A stretch of DNA of 64,000 bases from Eledone cirrhosa (Eukaryota). A program made the position numbers and the translations under genes. The notes below the pieces were generated by a model that searched no databases, was not told the DNA's origin, and was given only the letters and a program-made list of their open reading frames with translations. This document shows positions 28,653 through 52,196 of this stretch, piece by piece (position 1 is the stretch's first letter; each line of letters opens with the position of its first letter). The stretch lies in assembly GCA_964016885.1 (NCBI GenBank), contig OZ024748.1:9610001-9674000 (forward strand), in the 5' to 3' direction.

Positions 28653-29471
28653 AACTTTAACTGTTGGTCAATCAATGATAAACATTTATTGCCAGCTAAA
28701 TTAACTATAGGGATATAAAATATACGGAAGCGAAAACCAAACCAAACCAAACTGTGAGTGTGTTTTATTATATATTTCTGGCAATATTATAAAAATATGA
28801 CCTTCCCCAAATATAACAATATTTGTTTCAACACACAATTTCATATCAAAAATCTTGCAAAACAAATTCATCACCATCGTATATATATATTTAGAGAGAG
28901 AGAGAGAGAGGGGGGGGGGGGGCAACTGTTAATATATTACTTTCACTTTAAGATACCTCCATGTTTGTTACAAGACAGCACTTCAAAGTCCCTCTTTTTC
29001 GTTTCTGAACAATTGCTTTTATTCTACACCCACCAGAGATATGATTAGCAGAACAACTGCCAAGGAGGAAGCTGTGAAAGGCATGAATTGTCATAAGAAA
29101 ACATAAATAAAAACTCTTTAGTAAATGTAGAATAATCCTATCCATGGACCCATGGACCAGCACTCTCCATCTTTTCCTGTCTCTTGCCATTGCCATACAT
29201 CAAGCTCCATCATTTATGCCATCATTCTAATAGGTTTTTATGTCCATTTATTTCAGGCTGACTCCACAAAATTGAAGGGGATTATCAAAAACGACACAAA
29301 AATAAATTAATATATAAATGCTAGCTGTAGCGAAACTAAATTGTGTGCTTATAATAATCTAACATTCATTGGTGTTGGTAAAAAAAATATTGACTGCATC
29401 TTATATATATATATATATGTGTGTGTTTGTGTATTTATATATATCTACAAATATGTGTTTCTGCCTTCAAG

Positions 29472-29737
29472 ACTGTATTGTTGATAAAGAAGTGGCCAAG
29501 CAGAAAGGTGATACTTTGAGACGATTTAAATGTCTTCCTATTGGTAATTACCACAAACTCCAATGTCAAGAATTCTTGTGTTACTGTGTAAACGATTTGG
29601 AACTTTATGAAGGGGAAGCGGTATCTCGTCATCGTATACATGAACTACCCTGTTATAATACTATAAATACACTACATATAAAAACATTTAGCTGTTTTAA
29701 TTCTATTTATTTGCCAACTGACTTGAGATTGTTTTGA
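29472..29737 (+). CDS. Thyroglobulin type-1 domain exon of a small, probably secreted protein
   Basis: ttcaag| DCIVDKEVAKQKGDTLRRFKCLPIGNYHKLQCQEFLCYCVNDLELYEGEAVSRHRIHELPC: six-Cys pattern C..C-x3-G-x-Y-x3-QC-x4-CYCV..C. Confidence 0.72.
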
Positions 29738-31020
29738 AACAGAAACAAATACATTGAAGAAAAGTCCTGTTAAATCTGTAACAATTACATCTTGGAATGG
29801 TCGTAGTTGCCATTTAAAACACATGTAAACTATTAGACATTGTTTTTACTTTCTAATGTACTATAGACGATAATGTGTGACATTGTTGTCATGGTTCTGT
29901 AGCTCCGATTAAGAAGATTGTTTGATGTCACCAAATGTAATTTGTATTAGTAATTTGGTTAATGGGGTGACTTATGGCAAATGAATTGTGTGTGTGTGTG
30001 TCAGGGAGTTCAGATATGTGGCTGTATTTGTCGCCATAGCTAGTAGATGAGAGTTGAAGGAAGAAAGTGAAGTTGCCATTAACAATATTTATTTTAACAA
30101 CACAAGAAAACAAAGAGTCAAAGTAAATTGTGTTTTATATTTCTGTGATGGGGTTTTAAATGGATGATGCAGTAGTGTGGAAAGATACATGGAACTAACT
30201 TTTGTTGGAACGGGAGTATGACTGTCTCAGTTCACTGACCGAAAAGGCCAACGTAACGGGTCGGAGTGAGTATCTGAAATAAATCAAGAAGACGGAAATT
30301 AGGTAGGGACTTGTCAGGTAGATTGTGCCTGAAATTCAAAGGGTCAGCCATATCATGTACTGTGTCAGGCTGATTTGACCTAAGAATTGTATTAAAAACT
30401 AGACCACCCATGACCCGTGCAGTCACGTTCACTTCAAAATATTTTTTTTAAATCATGTTCACTTAAAAATAATTTTTAAATAATTAAAATATACACAGAC
30501 ATGTATATAATGTGAAATGAAACTGGAAGGCCAATATATATATGTGTGTGTATGTATGTATATAAATGTGTGTGTGTGGTACCTGCAAAAAAACCCATAT
30601 CTCGGGAACCCATGCTTCGATTTATGCAAAACTTGTTTTATTCCATGTGTATCCCCATTTCAGGGTCAACTTCCTTTCAAAGTATTTTTCTATTATGCAT
30701 GCTTTTGGATGTATTACATTACAGACAAGCAAGCTATCAGAGAGTTTTAGTAATATATAGATATACGAGTCTGTGGGATACTCAGCCACATAAATGCTAA
30801 TTTAACGAATTTGCTGAACTGAACAGCTGAATGTTGCTAATTCAGACACCACACAAGAAATTGTATGCAGTTGGTGTCTTTCACATTTTAGTGTCTAAAG
30901 CTGTTTTCATCCAATCTCCAACTTTGTCCTATAATACAGATATATCACTGTCCTATATTACAGATATTTTATAGTATATATATGTCACTATTTTTTATAA
31001 TCACTGTCCTATTCTAGATA

Positions 31021-34000
31021 CTATGGCCTCGGAACACCATGCTAATCTGATCACCTAGGTACCAGAAGCTATCAACCACTTCTATAAGAACCCACCTGCA
31101 TTGGAAAAAATATGTCTATCACTGCGATTACTACTGCCAACTTTCCCTGTACATCTACTGCATACGTAGTTTTCCTTACCTGTTTGTTTGCCTGCTATCC
31201 CACTATATCTCCTGTGTACCCAAGATCTGCATTGCATACATTTTATGGAATTTAAGCCAGTTCCTTTCCTACATATCGAACATGGCCATTTCCCTAATGG
31301 AATCAGAGTATTGTCCTCTCTTCTACTTATCAACACTTTTGTTTTAGCTATGTTCACTCTCAGGCCCCTTGATTCCAACTGCTGTTTCCATAGCCAGAGT
31401 TTATTCTCTAGCTCCTCTACTGATTCTGCTATAAGAACCAGATCATCAGCATAGAGAAGTTCCCATAGGCAGCCAGTCTTAAACTCCTCTGTTATGGCTT
31501 GGAGGACTATAATGAACGAGAGCGGGCTGAGGCCCGAACCCTGATGTACACCTACTTGTATCTGGAATTCCTCACTAAACTCCATTCCTACTCTCACTTT
31601 ACTGACAGCACCCCTGTACATAGCTTGTACTGTCCTCACAAGCCATTCCTCTACACCTAGTTTCCTTAGGGACCACCAGATAACAGATCGGGGTACCCTA
31701 TCAAAGGCCTTCTCTAGGTCAACAAAGGCTAAGTATAGTGGCTTATTCTTCTCTAAGAACCGCTCTTGTAGTTGCCTCACTAAGAAGAGGGCATCTGTTG
31801 TACTTTTCCGAGGCACACAACCAAACTGTATCTCATCTAATTTGACCCTTTCTCTAATCAGTTGCGCTAATATTCTCTCTGCCACTTTCATAACCTGATC
31901 CATAAGCTTTATACCCCTATAATTGCTCCTCTCTAGAGCATCCCCTTTACCTTTGTAGCAATTTATGAGAATACTGCTGCACCAGTCTTTGGGTATGAGA
32001 CCGCCATATATAGCTTGATTAATGATGCATGCAACTAGTTTAGTGCCTACTTCTCCTGATGCCTTCAGCATCTCAGCAACTATCCCGGACGGTCCAGCAG
32101 CCTTACCTTTCTTCATTTCCTTAATTGTCTCTTGTACCCTATATTCGTCAATTTCAATAGCTGGTCCCTCTGTCGGGACTACTGGGGGTAATTTTTCTCT
32201 GTCCCATTTGTTCTCCACATTCATCAGTCTCTCATAATGACATTTCCAGCCCTTTTTTTTTTATCATTCGTGACACTATGTTCACCGGCATCATTCCGGA
32301 CACACTTATCTCCAACAACATCCTGATTTGTACTGACACACTGCCTTACAATGCAGAACACTGCACATCTCTGATCTTCCCATCACAGAACATTGGCAAA
32401 TCTCCTACTCTCAGCCTCCCTGCGTGCTAAGTACACCTGACATCTAGCTTCCCTCTTAGTGGCTGTGTATCCTTCTCTACTCCCACCGTTTTTCCAAGCC
32501 TTCCATGCCAGTCTTTTGTCTCTAATGGCCCTATCTCCCATGCTGTTCCACCACCAGGTCACTCTCTGTCTGGTTGAAGCTCTGCCCCAACCACAAGTTT
32601 CTTCAGTAGCCTGCAGTAAGTTGTCACGCAAGAAATTCCAGTTATCATCTATATCATACGATATCTTCTGGAACTCTCACAGTCTTATCCGGCCCTCGCA
32701 ATTTGGATTATCCCCAACTCCAGCTGCTGTGATCAACTTATCGAGTTTCTTGAAGACATCACCCGGATCACTGATGGCGGCTCATGGGTGGATGTTGTTT
32801 ACCTTGATTTTGCGAAAGCTTTCAATTATGTGCCACACAAAAGGCTTATGGTAAAACTCTGCAATGGGTGTGAAGGATGATCTTTTTAACTGGTTGAAGT
32901 CCTTCATTCTCAGTCGAAGAGAGGTAGTCACGGTTCTGGGACAGCATTCCTCACCATATGAGATGTCATCTGGTGTACCACAGGGATCTGTTCTTGGCCC
33001 CCTTTTGTTTGTGGCATATATTAATGACATAGATGCCAACTTAAAGAATGCCACAGTACTAAAGTATGCAGATGACATCAAGCTGTACCTTGAGATAAAA
33101 AGGACAGATCCTGAACACTATAGATCTTGCTTGCAGTCTGACCTGGACACAATGCAACAATGGATCTCAGACTGGCAACTCAAGCTGGCTGTGGACAAGT
33201 GCACCACCATGCATTTTGGGAGTAAAAACCCAGCGTCCACATACTCCCTCCACAGCACTAATATCAAGAAGTCTTCTTGTGAATATGACCTGGGCATTAC
33301 TGTCAGTAGCGATTTGCATTGGACGAAGCACGTCTCTAAAATTGTCAAGAGAGCCGAGGGTGGCTTAGCATCACTCAGCAAGACCTTTGTCAGCCGCTCT
33401 CCAGCTATCTATTTAAGGCTGTACATGGCTATGGTGCAGCCACACTTAGAATTTGCATCACCAGTCTGGAACCCCTATCTTGCTCAGAACATTGACCATC
33501 TGGAAACTGTTCAGAGACGTGCAACCAAGCGAATACCCTCCATCAGGCATATACCATATTCTGAACACCTTGCTTCCCTGGGCATGGATACATTGAAGCT
33601 CCAACGCCTGGCAACTGACTTGGTAAACACCCACAAAATTGTTAACCATCTTGCCAACAACAACCCTGAGTACCTTTTTGATTTCCATGTGTCTAACACA
33701 CGGGAGCATACCCACAAAGTCAGAAAACAGCACAGTTCCTATGACTTTCAGAAACATTTTTTCACGCTTAGAGTTGCTGAAGCATGGAACAAACTACCTG
33801 CATCAGTTGTTAGCTGTCGAGACACTGCATCCTTTAAAACCTCCATGCTTCCCGCGATTCGCCAACACTACACCTAATGTTCCCCTCCATACACATACAC
33901 ACATGTATATCATGACTCATATACTATTCACTTCCCTGACATTTGTATATTATTCTATGTACTATACATGCACCTTTGACGAGTTGTAGTGCACCTAAGC

Positions 34001-35240
34001 ACTTTACACAATAATTTCATTATTATTATTATTATTCTAAATCGTCTTCCTTTTCGTCATACACAACTTGAAGGACTTTGCTAAATTTATATTTTAATGA
34101 AAGGTCTTTTAGCTTCCAGACCTTTCTTTTCCACACCTTCCTGTATGTCTCATTCTTTCTCTTGCTTACTGAGATGTCACTAACGACTAACCTACGCTGT
34201 AGGGTATATTCTTCCCCGGGGTATGCCTTAGTATTTGACACCATCTGTCTGTCTCACTGTCTAACTAGCAGGAAGTCAATCTGGCTTATGTGCTTGCCTG
34301 ATTTGTAGGTTATTAGGTGGTTGGTAGGCTTCTGGAAGTTAGTGTTGCAAATAGTTAGAGCATTTACATCACAAAATTCAAGAAGCCTCACTCCTTCTTC
34401 ATTTCTTGCACCGTAACTGTGCCCTCCATGTACCCCAGTGTATCCATCCTGGAGCAGTCCAACATGTCCATTGAAGTCCCCCGCTAGCATAATGATGTCT
34501 ATGTCCTCTGTCATTGAGGCTGTTTGTAAAAGTTGCTCGTAAAAGCAGTCTTTCTCTTCTTTACCTTTCTAGGCCTGTCTGGGGAGCATAAGCAAAGATA
34601 AATGTCAGTAGTCTTTTGTTTACAACTAATCTAAGCTTAATTACTCTATTACTAACTCTAACTACCTCTATTGTCTTATTGATCCATCTCTCAGCCAGTA
34701 ATATTCCCATCCCACCTAACCCATCATCATTACCTACTCAGAAAAGCTTATAACTACAATGTTTGCCTGCGATTAGTCTTGCAGAGGCACCTCTCCACCT
34801 CACCTCTTGCACACAGCACACATCCACATGCCTTCTCTCTAGTATCTCCGCTATCTCACCAGATCTACCTGTTAGAGTGCCAACATTAAGTGTGGCAACT
34901 CTGAGATGCGACGTCTCATTCTTTTTCCTGGTGTGCGATTGCTTGATGACGGTCGGGGGGTTCTCGCAAATGGCCGCACCAGCCACCCCCCTACCGTGTG
35001 CAGCCCTAACATGGTTAGTGTTATTGCTGTTGATGCAGTTGTTGCAATTCTTATTTGTTGTGTTCATAATTTTGGCATTTATTGTACTGGTTGGATTCCC
35101 TTCCTAACACCAGCACCACTTTACAGCATGGACTAGGTGCTTTTATTTGTGCCACCAGCACTAGAGAGGTTGTCTTACTGGACTCAGGGGCCCTCTTTAC
35201 CCCTCCATTTTACAGCATGGACTGGGTGCTTTTATTCATG
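31021..35240 (-). mobile_element. RTE-clade LINE (APE endonuclease, RT, PHD-like Cys cluster), frameshifted and interrupted by a nested LINE
   Basis: LRVATLNVGTLTGR..CVQEVRW, GDFNGHVG, QIDFLLV; NYRGIKLM, FVDLEKAFDRVPR, GVHQGSGLSP, LLYADDL. Confidence 0.93.
32660..34036 (+). mobile_element. 5'-truncated CR1/L2-group LINE nested in the RTE
   Basis: LDFAKAF, SGVPQGSVLGPLLF, KYADDIKL, LETVQRRATK, FFTLRVAEAWNKLP; (ATT)n 3' tail; RTE coding sequence resumes on both sides. Confidence 0.92.
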
Positions 35241-35449
35241 TCACCAGCACTAATTATTAATATAGAAACAAGCAAGGACTAAGACAGAAACTCATTTACA
35301 TATTATATACAAGAGAGATGCACAGATAATAATTACTAGAATACCAATATAATAGTGTTATGAATAATAATAATAATAATGTACATGGATTGATATCCAT
35401 AATTTCACAACAACATTTAATACATATCAATATAATTATACAGGAGAGA

Positions 35450-35930
35450 TGCACAGAGACCAAGTGAGTACTGAAGTGGGGTTACTGACCTCCCAGAAAG
35501 GACAGGGGTCTGTACAGAGACCAGGTCAGTACTGAAGTGGGGTTACTGACCTCCCAGAAAGGACAGGGGTCTATACAGAGACCAGGTCAGTACTGAAGTG
35601 GGGTTACTGACCTCCCAGAAAGGACAGGGGTCTGTACAGAGACCAGGTCAGTACTGAAGTGGGGTTACTGACCTCCCAGTATGACGAGTCTGTACAGAGA
35701 CCAGGTCAGTACTGAAGTGGGGTTACTGACCTTCCAGAAAGGACAGGGTCTATACAGAGACCAGGTCAGTACTGAAGTGGGGTTACTGACCTCCCAGTAC
35801 GACAGGGGTCTGTACAGAGACCAGGTCAGTACTGAAGTGGGGTTACTGACCTCCCAGAAAAGGCAGAGGTCTGTACAGAGACCAGGTCAGTACTGTAGTG
35901 GGATTACTGACCTCTCAGAAAGGACGGGAT
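35450..35930. repeat. Minisatellite of about 61 bp, about 8 copies, upstream of SELENOO
   Basis: Unit cagagaccaggtcagtactgaagtggggttactgacctcccagaaaggacaggggtctgta. Confidence 0.93.
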
Positions 35931-36589
35931 CTGCATCTTGTTTACATACAGTTCCCTTTTCACTTTTAAGATGAGTCAGTCTGACCATGTTTCTTCCCAG
36001 GGAATTTATCAAAAGTAAAAACAAAATGAAGAAAAATGTGTCCGCTTACATTTTGTACTAATTCACATATCCCACTTACTATCATAAATACATTTATTTT
36101 GATTTTAAAAAATAAATATCAGCCTATCAACTGTATTGTAGATTAGTATTATAACTGGTGGTAATCATGTCCCCACCCCACCCCAACTCATCTCAATTTA
36201 CCCCTTCCCCTTTTTCTCATTAATTTTGTTTTTATCTTTCTTAGATTTTATATATATTTGTTAAGTATTATTTGTGTCTAATTTCATTCTGTAAGAATTA
36301 TAAATAATTTGTAATGTTATTTACACAATTGTGAATAAAATGATTTTTCATTAAAAAAAAATTAAACTTCCTCCTCACTCAGCGCTTCTAAAAATAGATT
36401 GATTAAAAATCTGATTCTAAAATAAAATTAACTTCATTGTTAATATGTTAAGCTAGCGGTCAATAGTGTGACTGTAATTAACAGAGACTTAATTAAATTA
36501 GCTTGAGGTCATTACTGTGGCTAATTATAAAGCAAGGGAGGTAATTCTTCTAAACAATCTACGTTAAACCAACGCCATTAGATTTCCGC

Positions 36590-46386
<9,797 letters not shown>

Positions 46387-47367
46387 ATTACCATTCTATA
46401 TTCAGCACCATTGAAGCACTCGATACACATAAATATATTTTACTAGTTATTTACTATACATACCACTTCTGTTAAGAGTAACATTACATGTCATAAGTTT
46501 ACCTCTTCTCGCATCAAATTTAATGTCTCTCAATTCCTACAGAAACATCAATTTCCATTCTATATTCTTAAAGTATAAATCTATGTTGAACTAAGGAGTC
46601 TAAGGACAAAGATCTGTTCTAGTTTTTATTACTATGGCAGATGTATATTTTAGAAAATATTTCACACAATACAGAATTAACGAAATTTGAGATATCATGT
46701 AGTCCAAAATTGATATTTAGTGTGAAGTGCTTCTTTGGTGTTGAAATAAACCAAAAATAGATTGCAATGGTTGTGAGGGAAAAGATGTACAACTAACAAA
46801 CTTGATATCTTTATAACCACAAAATATATTTTTACAGTTCCATTTATGGATTATACTTGCAACTTCCTAACTAACCATGCCTTGTATAGTTATCAGAAAC
46901 CCAGTTTCTCAAGATTTGTACTTAGTAACATATTTGAGAGCCTCAATTATCACAGGTACAAATCATCGTCATTTTACATCCGCTTTTCCCTGCTTTCAAG
47001 GAAAATGTATATATGTGGTTTATATGAAGCTGAGGTATATAAGAGGGTATTGGGGAAACCAGTACAATGGGAATAGGAAATATAATGATGGAATTAACTC
47101 TATATATTTCAAAATTAGAATCTATTTTTCAAATGATGAAAAAGGAAAAATTTAGAAATTTGTTCTTATAATCTAGTGTACTGGGTGTGTTTAATGGTGG
47201 CACCAATACTACGTAGGTTGTTGTTGTTAATATATTGATATTAGAAACAATAATACAAAATATTTGCGTCCAATAAGGTCATTAAAGATTATTTAATTTC
47301 TTTAATTAATCATCTTAAAGTCTTCATTAATTACTGTACATGTTTGTTAATCCTTCATCTTTTCCCT

Positions 47368-47429
47368 GACTGCTATATGACGGTGTTCGCCTAATCTCAC
47401 AAGAGGGGTAACTACTTGATCAAGTAATC
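47368..47429 (+). promoter_or_regulatory. SECIS element (form 2) in the SELENOO 3'UTR
   Basis: Helix I gactgct/agtaatc; core ATGAC (47377-47381) opposite TGAT (47417-47420); helix II ggtgttcgcct/gggtaactact; unpaired AA (47393-94) followed by apical mini-stem ctc-acaa-gag. Confidence 0.85.
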
Positions 47430-47518
47430 TAAATTGGTTTCATTTTTTTTCCTCTTTTAAATTCTAATCTTATATAAAATGCAGTGCCATTTATAAAAAG
47501 AAATTATCATTTACTATG

Positions 47519-47608
47519 AAATAAATGTAATCAAACCTTATACTAGTTGTTTTCCTAATGAAATAAATTTTATTGAAATTTGAATGTTTTACATATTTAT
47601 GGAATAAA
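47519..47608 (+). terminator. Cluster of candidate polyadenylation signals for SELENOO
   Basis: Three AATAAA hexamers (about 47520, 47562, 47603) just downstream of the SECIS; the AT-rich background lowers specificity. Confidence 0.45.
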
Positions 47609-47734
47609 TACTGTTCTTAAAATTTTACATTTCTCAGTCTCCATTCCTTGCTACTATCAATATATGCTGGGGTAATTCCCTTTTAATGGTTCTCATCTAC
47701 TAACCATCTCGTTCATCAGATCTACACCACCTGT

Positions 47735-48175
47735 ACTGCTAGCTGTAAAAGACGTTTCCCTCAAAATGAAAGGCAGACTGTATGATGCGTACATACGAAC
47801 AGCAATGCTACATGGTAGTGAAACCTGGGCATTGTGTGTAGAAAGACTTGCGTAGATTAGAAAGAAACGAAGCTTGCATGCTCCAATGGATGTGTAATAG
47901 TAACATACGCGAACGGCAAAGCATAAGAGTAATCAAATGTTGTGTGCAGGAGAGAAGGTTGCGTTGGTATGGACATAAGAAGGATGACTGCATAAAAAGG
48001 TGCAGAGCACTAGAAGTCAATGGAAGCCGTGGAGTAGGGAGACCCAAGAAGACCTGGGATGAGGTGATAAAAGCCGACCTTACCCAATTGCACCTCTCAA
48101 AAGCGATGACACACAACTGTGACCTCTGGCGTAATACAGAAGGCCCGACTTCCCACGGGAACAAGCTGAAGCATA
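47735..48175 (+). mobile_element. RTE LINE 3' fragment
   Basis: KGRLYDAYIRTAMLHGSETW, RRLRWYGH, GSRGVGRPKKTWDEVIKADL. Confidence 0.85.
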
Positions 48176-49007
48176 TAGACAATATGCTTCCCCCTCTCCC
48201 TGCAAAGTGGTTGTGGAGATGCCACGGCAAAAAAGCACCCAGCCCACACTGTAAAGTGGACGTGTAGGCGCCATGGAAAAAAAAGCACCCAGCACTCACT
48301 GCAAATGAGGTTGGTGTTAGGAAGAGCATCCAGCTGTAGAAATCAGTTCCAATATGTGCAAGACAAGGTCAGCCGACCAGACACCCGTCTAACCCATGCT
48401 AGTGTGCAAGAACGGACGTAAAATGGTGATGAATCTTGATTTATAAATGTAGTGGATAGAAAATAAATTCGCATCATGTCCTATGTAGTTGCTTGTAAAT
48501 TTTCTTTCTTCTGTTAGATAGTACCCCCCCCCCCTTTTTTTTTTTTTTTATAAAGAACGGCATTCCTTTTCTATTTGTAGTCCCTGGCACATCAATATTT
48601 TCTAAGTCCTCTGTAAGTTTTACTGAACTGATAAGTTGGTCAATGGTTTGAATAATTTGCAGACCATATCATACTTCTAGAGTCATGCTGACTTGAAACA
48701 CTGTCTCTTTCTCTGTATAAATAATCAATCCACAACTTGCAACTCTGAGCATATCTGGTATAAACTGTTTGAAGGGTATCTATCAAGATCTCTTCATCAC
48801 TTCTTTTAAATATTGTCAATATAAAGAGACAGGTACATATATAAAGTTTTCGTCAGCCAGAAAACACTTGCCATTGATACCAAGAGGGATTGAACCGGAA
48901 ACTGTGGTTGTAATCAAAATTGTTAACTACACAGCCATGGTTGAACCTCTCCCAAATATTTTATCCACTACCCTAAACTAAGTTCAAGAATACAAAATAC
49001 ATTTGGT

Positions 49008-49198
49008 TTAACCCTTTAGCATTTAAATCAGCCAGAATTCTCTCTTCCTCTTTCTGTTCAAACTGACCGCTCATACCTCGATTAAGATATTGTTCTCAAA
49101 ATAAATAACATCAAAATCTCGTAGATTCGATATTATGAGATAATAAAGCCTTTACTGTGAAAATACAATAGTAAATATAGAGTAATGTAAAGGGTTAA
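49008..49198. mobile_element. piggyBac-type MITE
   Basis: TTAA-ccctttagc...aaaggg-TTAA. Confidence 0.75.
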
Positions 49199-50347
49199 GC
49201 TTGTGACCATAAGTGATATGGACTCGCTATCAAATAATTTCTTTCAATCTTCTTCAAATAAAGACATTATGAACACAGCAATCTTCTACATAAAAACAAT
49301 GAAGAACAATAAAAAAAAAAAAAAAAAAAAACATTCAATTGAATGAAATATACCAATTCAATTTCATTCCAATAAAACTTTATTATAAAAGAAAAAGGAG
49401 AAGGGACACAATATAACAAAAACTTAAAATACCATCTGCAAAACTGAATTGTGATTCTTGACAAACAGCTGGCATGTTGGGAGATATTGGTGGTGGTAGA
49501 CAATGAAATTACTTTATGGGATGTGATGAGTTGGAGAAGAAATAAAATATTCTGAACTGGAGATGCCAAAATGCCTCAATACATGCCAGATATACTATTA
49601 TTGAAAATGGCACCAAATAATCAATTTATACTACTTTTGCTTGTCTATCTTTCATTTCATTTCATTACATTAGAATAAAATGTCTTTGATACAATTAGTC
49701 TAATTTCTAGATTAAATAATTTAAGCTCTGTCTCATTAAAGCCAAGTTCTGTTGATGGCAAAAATAAACAGTCAAACAAATTATAACTTTGAATGTATTT
49801 CAGATGGAATCAGGCTTGTTTTTGTTTAAATTCTAAATGAGTGTTGTATGATGTTTTAAAATGCAAGTCATCATCTTGTGCAAGTAGAATTCTCAAAAGA
49901 CAAAAACATTAATCAAGTGTTTATTCCACAGGATGTATGTAATGATGTGTGTTCAGAAAATTAGGTAGCGTACTTATATTGTAGAAGTATACCATCAATG
50001 ATTTACTAACCCTGAGAACATAAACAATAAAAAAAAAAAATCCTCTCTTAGTGGGAGATGGCGGAAATAAAAAAAAACATTGAAAAGGATATTTTTCAAA
50101 AATGTGATACAATTTCATGGAATTATCTAAATAAATATTTATTTTTTGTTTTTTTTTTAATTGAAGGATCAGGCAAAAAAAAAAATGACCACACTGACAA
50201 TAAATTGAATAGATTTGACAAGAATCTTGCACAAGACTCATGAATAATGGCACTACTACGTTTTTTTTTTTTGTTTTTTTATTTGTCTCTGACTGACAAT
50301 AAATCTCAAAAGTATTGAGTGTATACAGCCCCATATATTAAGGTACA

Positions 50348-50384
<37 letters not shown>

Positions 50385-52034
50385 GCTAACATTACAAGAG
50401 AGCTTCTAGCTGATACAATATTAAGACTAGACAGTGCAGGAAGACAACCAAAGAGAAAAATATGATTGTCAAAACTGCCCCAGCCAGCAGAAGAGTGGTA
50501 ATGGCTTCACAAAAGACTGCATGTTGAGTTTTTTTTGTTTTTTTTACTTTCTTTAAACAACACAAGAGTAAATTTAATGGCACATCAAACAGCAGCAATA
50601 TAATAAAATAGTTTCTTTTTTTTTTTTTGTTTAGTTTTTTTTTAAGTTTTTAATATAAAATTTCAAAAAAATTCTTCCAGCAAGAAGAAAATATTTCTAT
50701 TAAATATCCAATGAAATGATTTAAGCTAAAGAGGCCAACAAAATATTTTGGATTTGATTTTAGTTTCAGGACTGCATTGAGGAGGAGGAATAGAGAAAAT
50801 TGGTGACAACACCAATTCATATGAAATTAAGGCTGAGGCCAATAAGATTGTCACAAATCTAAGGTAAATGGACCACAGATCAGTTGAAAAGAAAATATGG
50901 GGGAAATGCTTTGAGTAAAATATTTGAGAAGGGTGAAAACAGATGTTAAATGCTTCTCCCCCCCCCCCTGTTTTATATATTATTACTTTCTTTAGGGAGA
51001 TTTAACAAAATTTGGTTATTTTCTAGGTTACCAAACAAAACATGTTTTGACAGTATCAAACCTATAATTCTTATAACCAATAACTCCCAATGGAGTTGTA
51101 GGGGCACCACAATTACATACGGCATCTCTTGGGGCATTTTTTTAAAACCTGGCAGAGCCCATCTCCTCTCCAGGTCTGAACGCAGCCAATTTCTTTCAGA
51201 GAATGAGAGGGGAAGCAAGAAAAAGATATTGAGGAAGAATAGACCCCAGTACTGGAGTGGTACTTTTTTTTATCGACCTCCAAAAGAATGGAAGGCAAAG
51301 TTGACCTGAGAGGGCAAAGTATTATATCCGATGTTCGAAAGACTCCACCAATTTGTTACCTATCATACAGATCAAATAAATATTCTAATAACTGAACTTC
51401 ATGAAGTAATCCATTAGAGGCCACATTTACACATTGCACTGGTGCAGGGTGTCAATGTGGCCTGCACAAATCTCAGAAAGCAAGATTATAAATCTCTAAG
51501 ATTACTATTCCAAACATCCATTTTTAATATTTCTATGGAACAGTAGTTAAAATAATAATAATGTAGACAGAGGTTACTCTCTCATATGTACAACACTGAA
51601 AGAACTCTCTCAAAATGGGACTGCCCTCTCCCCAAGTCTCCAAATATGACCACACCCAAAAGAAAATATAGAAAAACCTCAAAGGATTCTGGATATAAAC
51701 TAATTAGATATGTTGTAAAGGCACATTCTAATGTCTGCTCTAAGATGTAACTGTTAGGTAGATAGAAAGCAAGAAGTCAGAGAACACAGATTTAGTGTGA
51801 ATAAAGTGTAGAGGATCCTTTGAGTCAGTAATGAAAGCAATCTAATGATTTGGTAATTAATGGAAGGGGAGGTGGGGTAGAATAGCTATTGAGATGATAA
51901 AGCAGTCAAGTTATTCTGTTCTTAAGTCAGTCTGTATTTTAAATGAACTATATGGAACATTAGTAAATAGTGGACACTGAGAAAGATAAGGAGAGTTTAA
52001 GAGAGGACATTAAGGGATCTTAGTGACAGGCATA

Positions 52035-52196
52035 GGTCATCTCAGCTGACCTGATCACCTCTGGAAGAGAGGTCAGCAGGTTATCCGAGGTGACTAGATG
52101 ACCTCTGGAAGAGAGGTCAGTAGATCATCTCAGATGACCTGATCACCTCTAGAAGAGAGGTCAGCAGGTCATCTGAGATGACTAGATGACCTCTGG
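52035..52196. repeat. Degenerate tandem repeat of about 40 bp
   Basis: Repeated aggtcatct.ag.tgac...cctctggaagagaggtcag. Confidence 0.7.

Noticed and set aside
35460-35520. Hammerhead-like CTGAAG...GAAA in the 61-bp repeat (retrozyme idea)
   Set aside because: The core lacks the conserved A9, stems I and III do not form convincingly, and a competing hairpin dominates.
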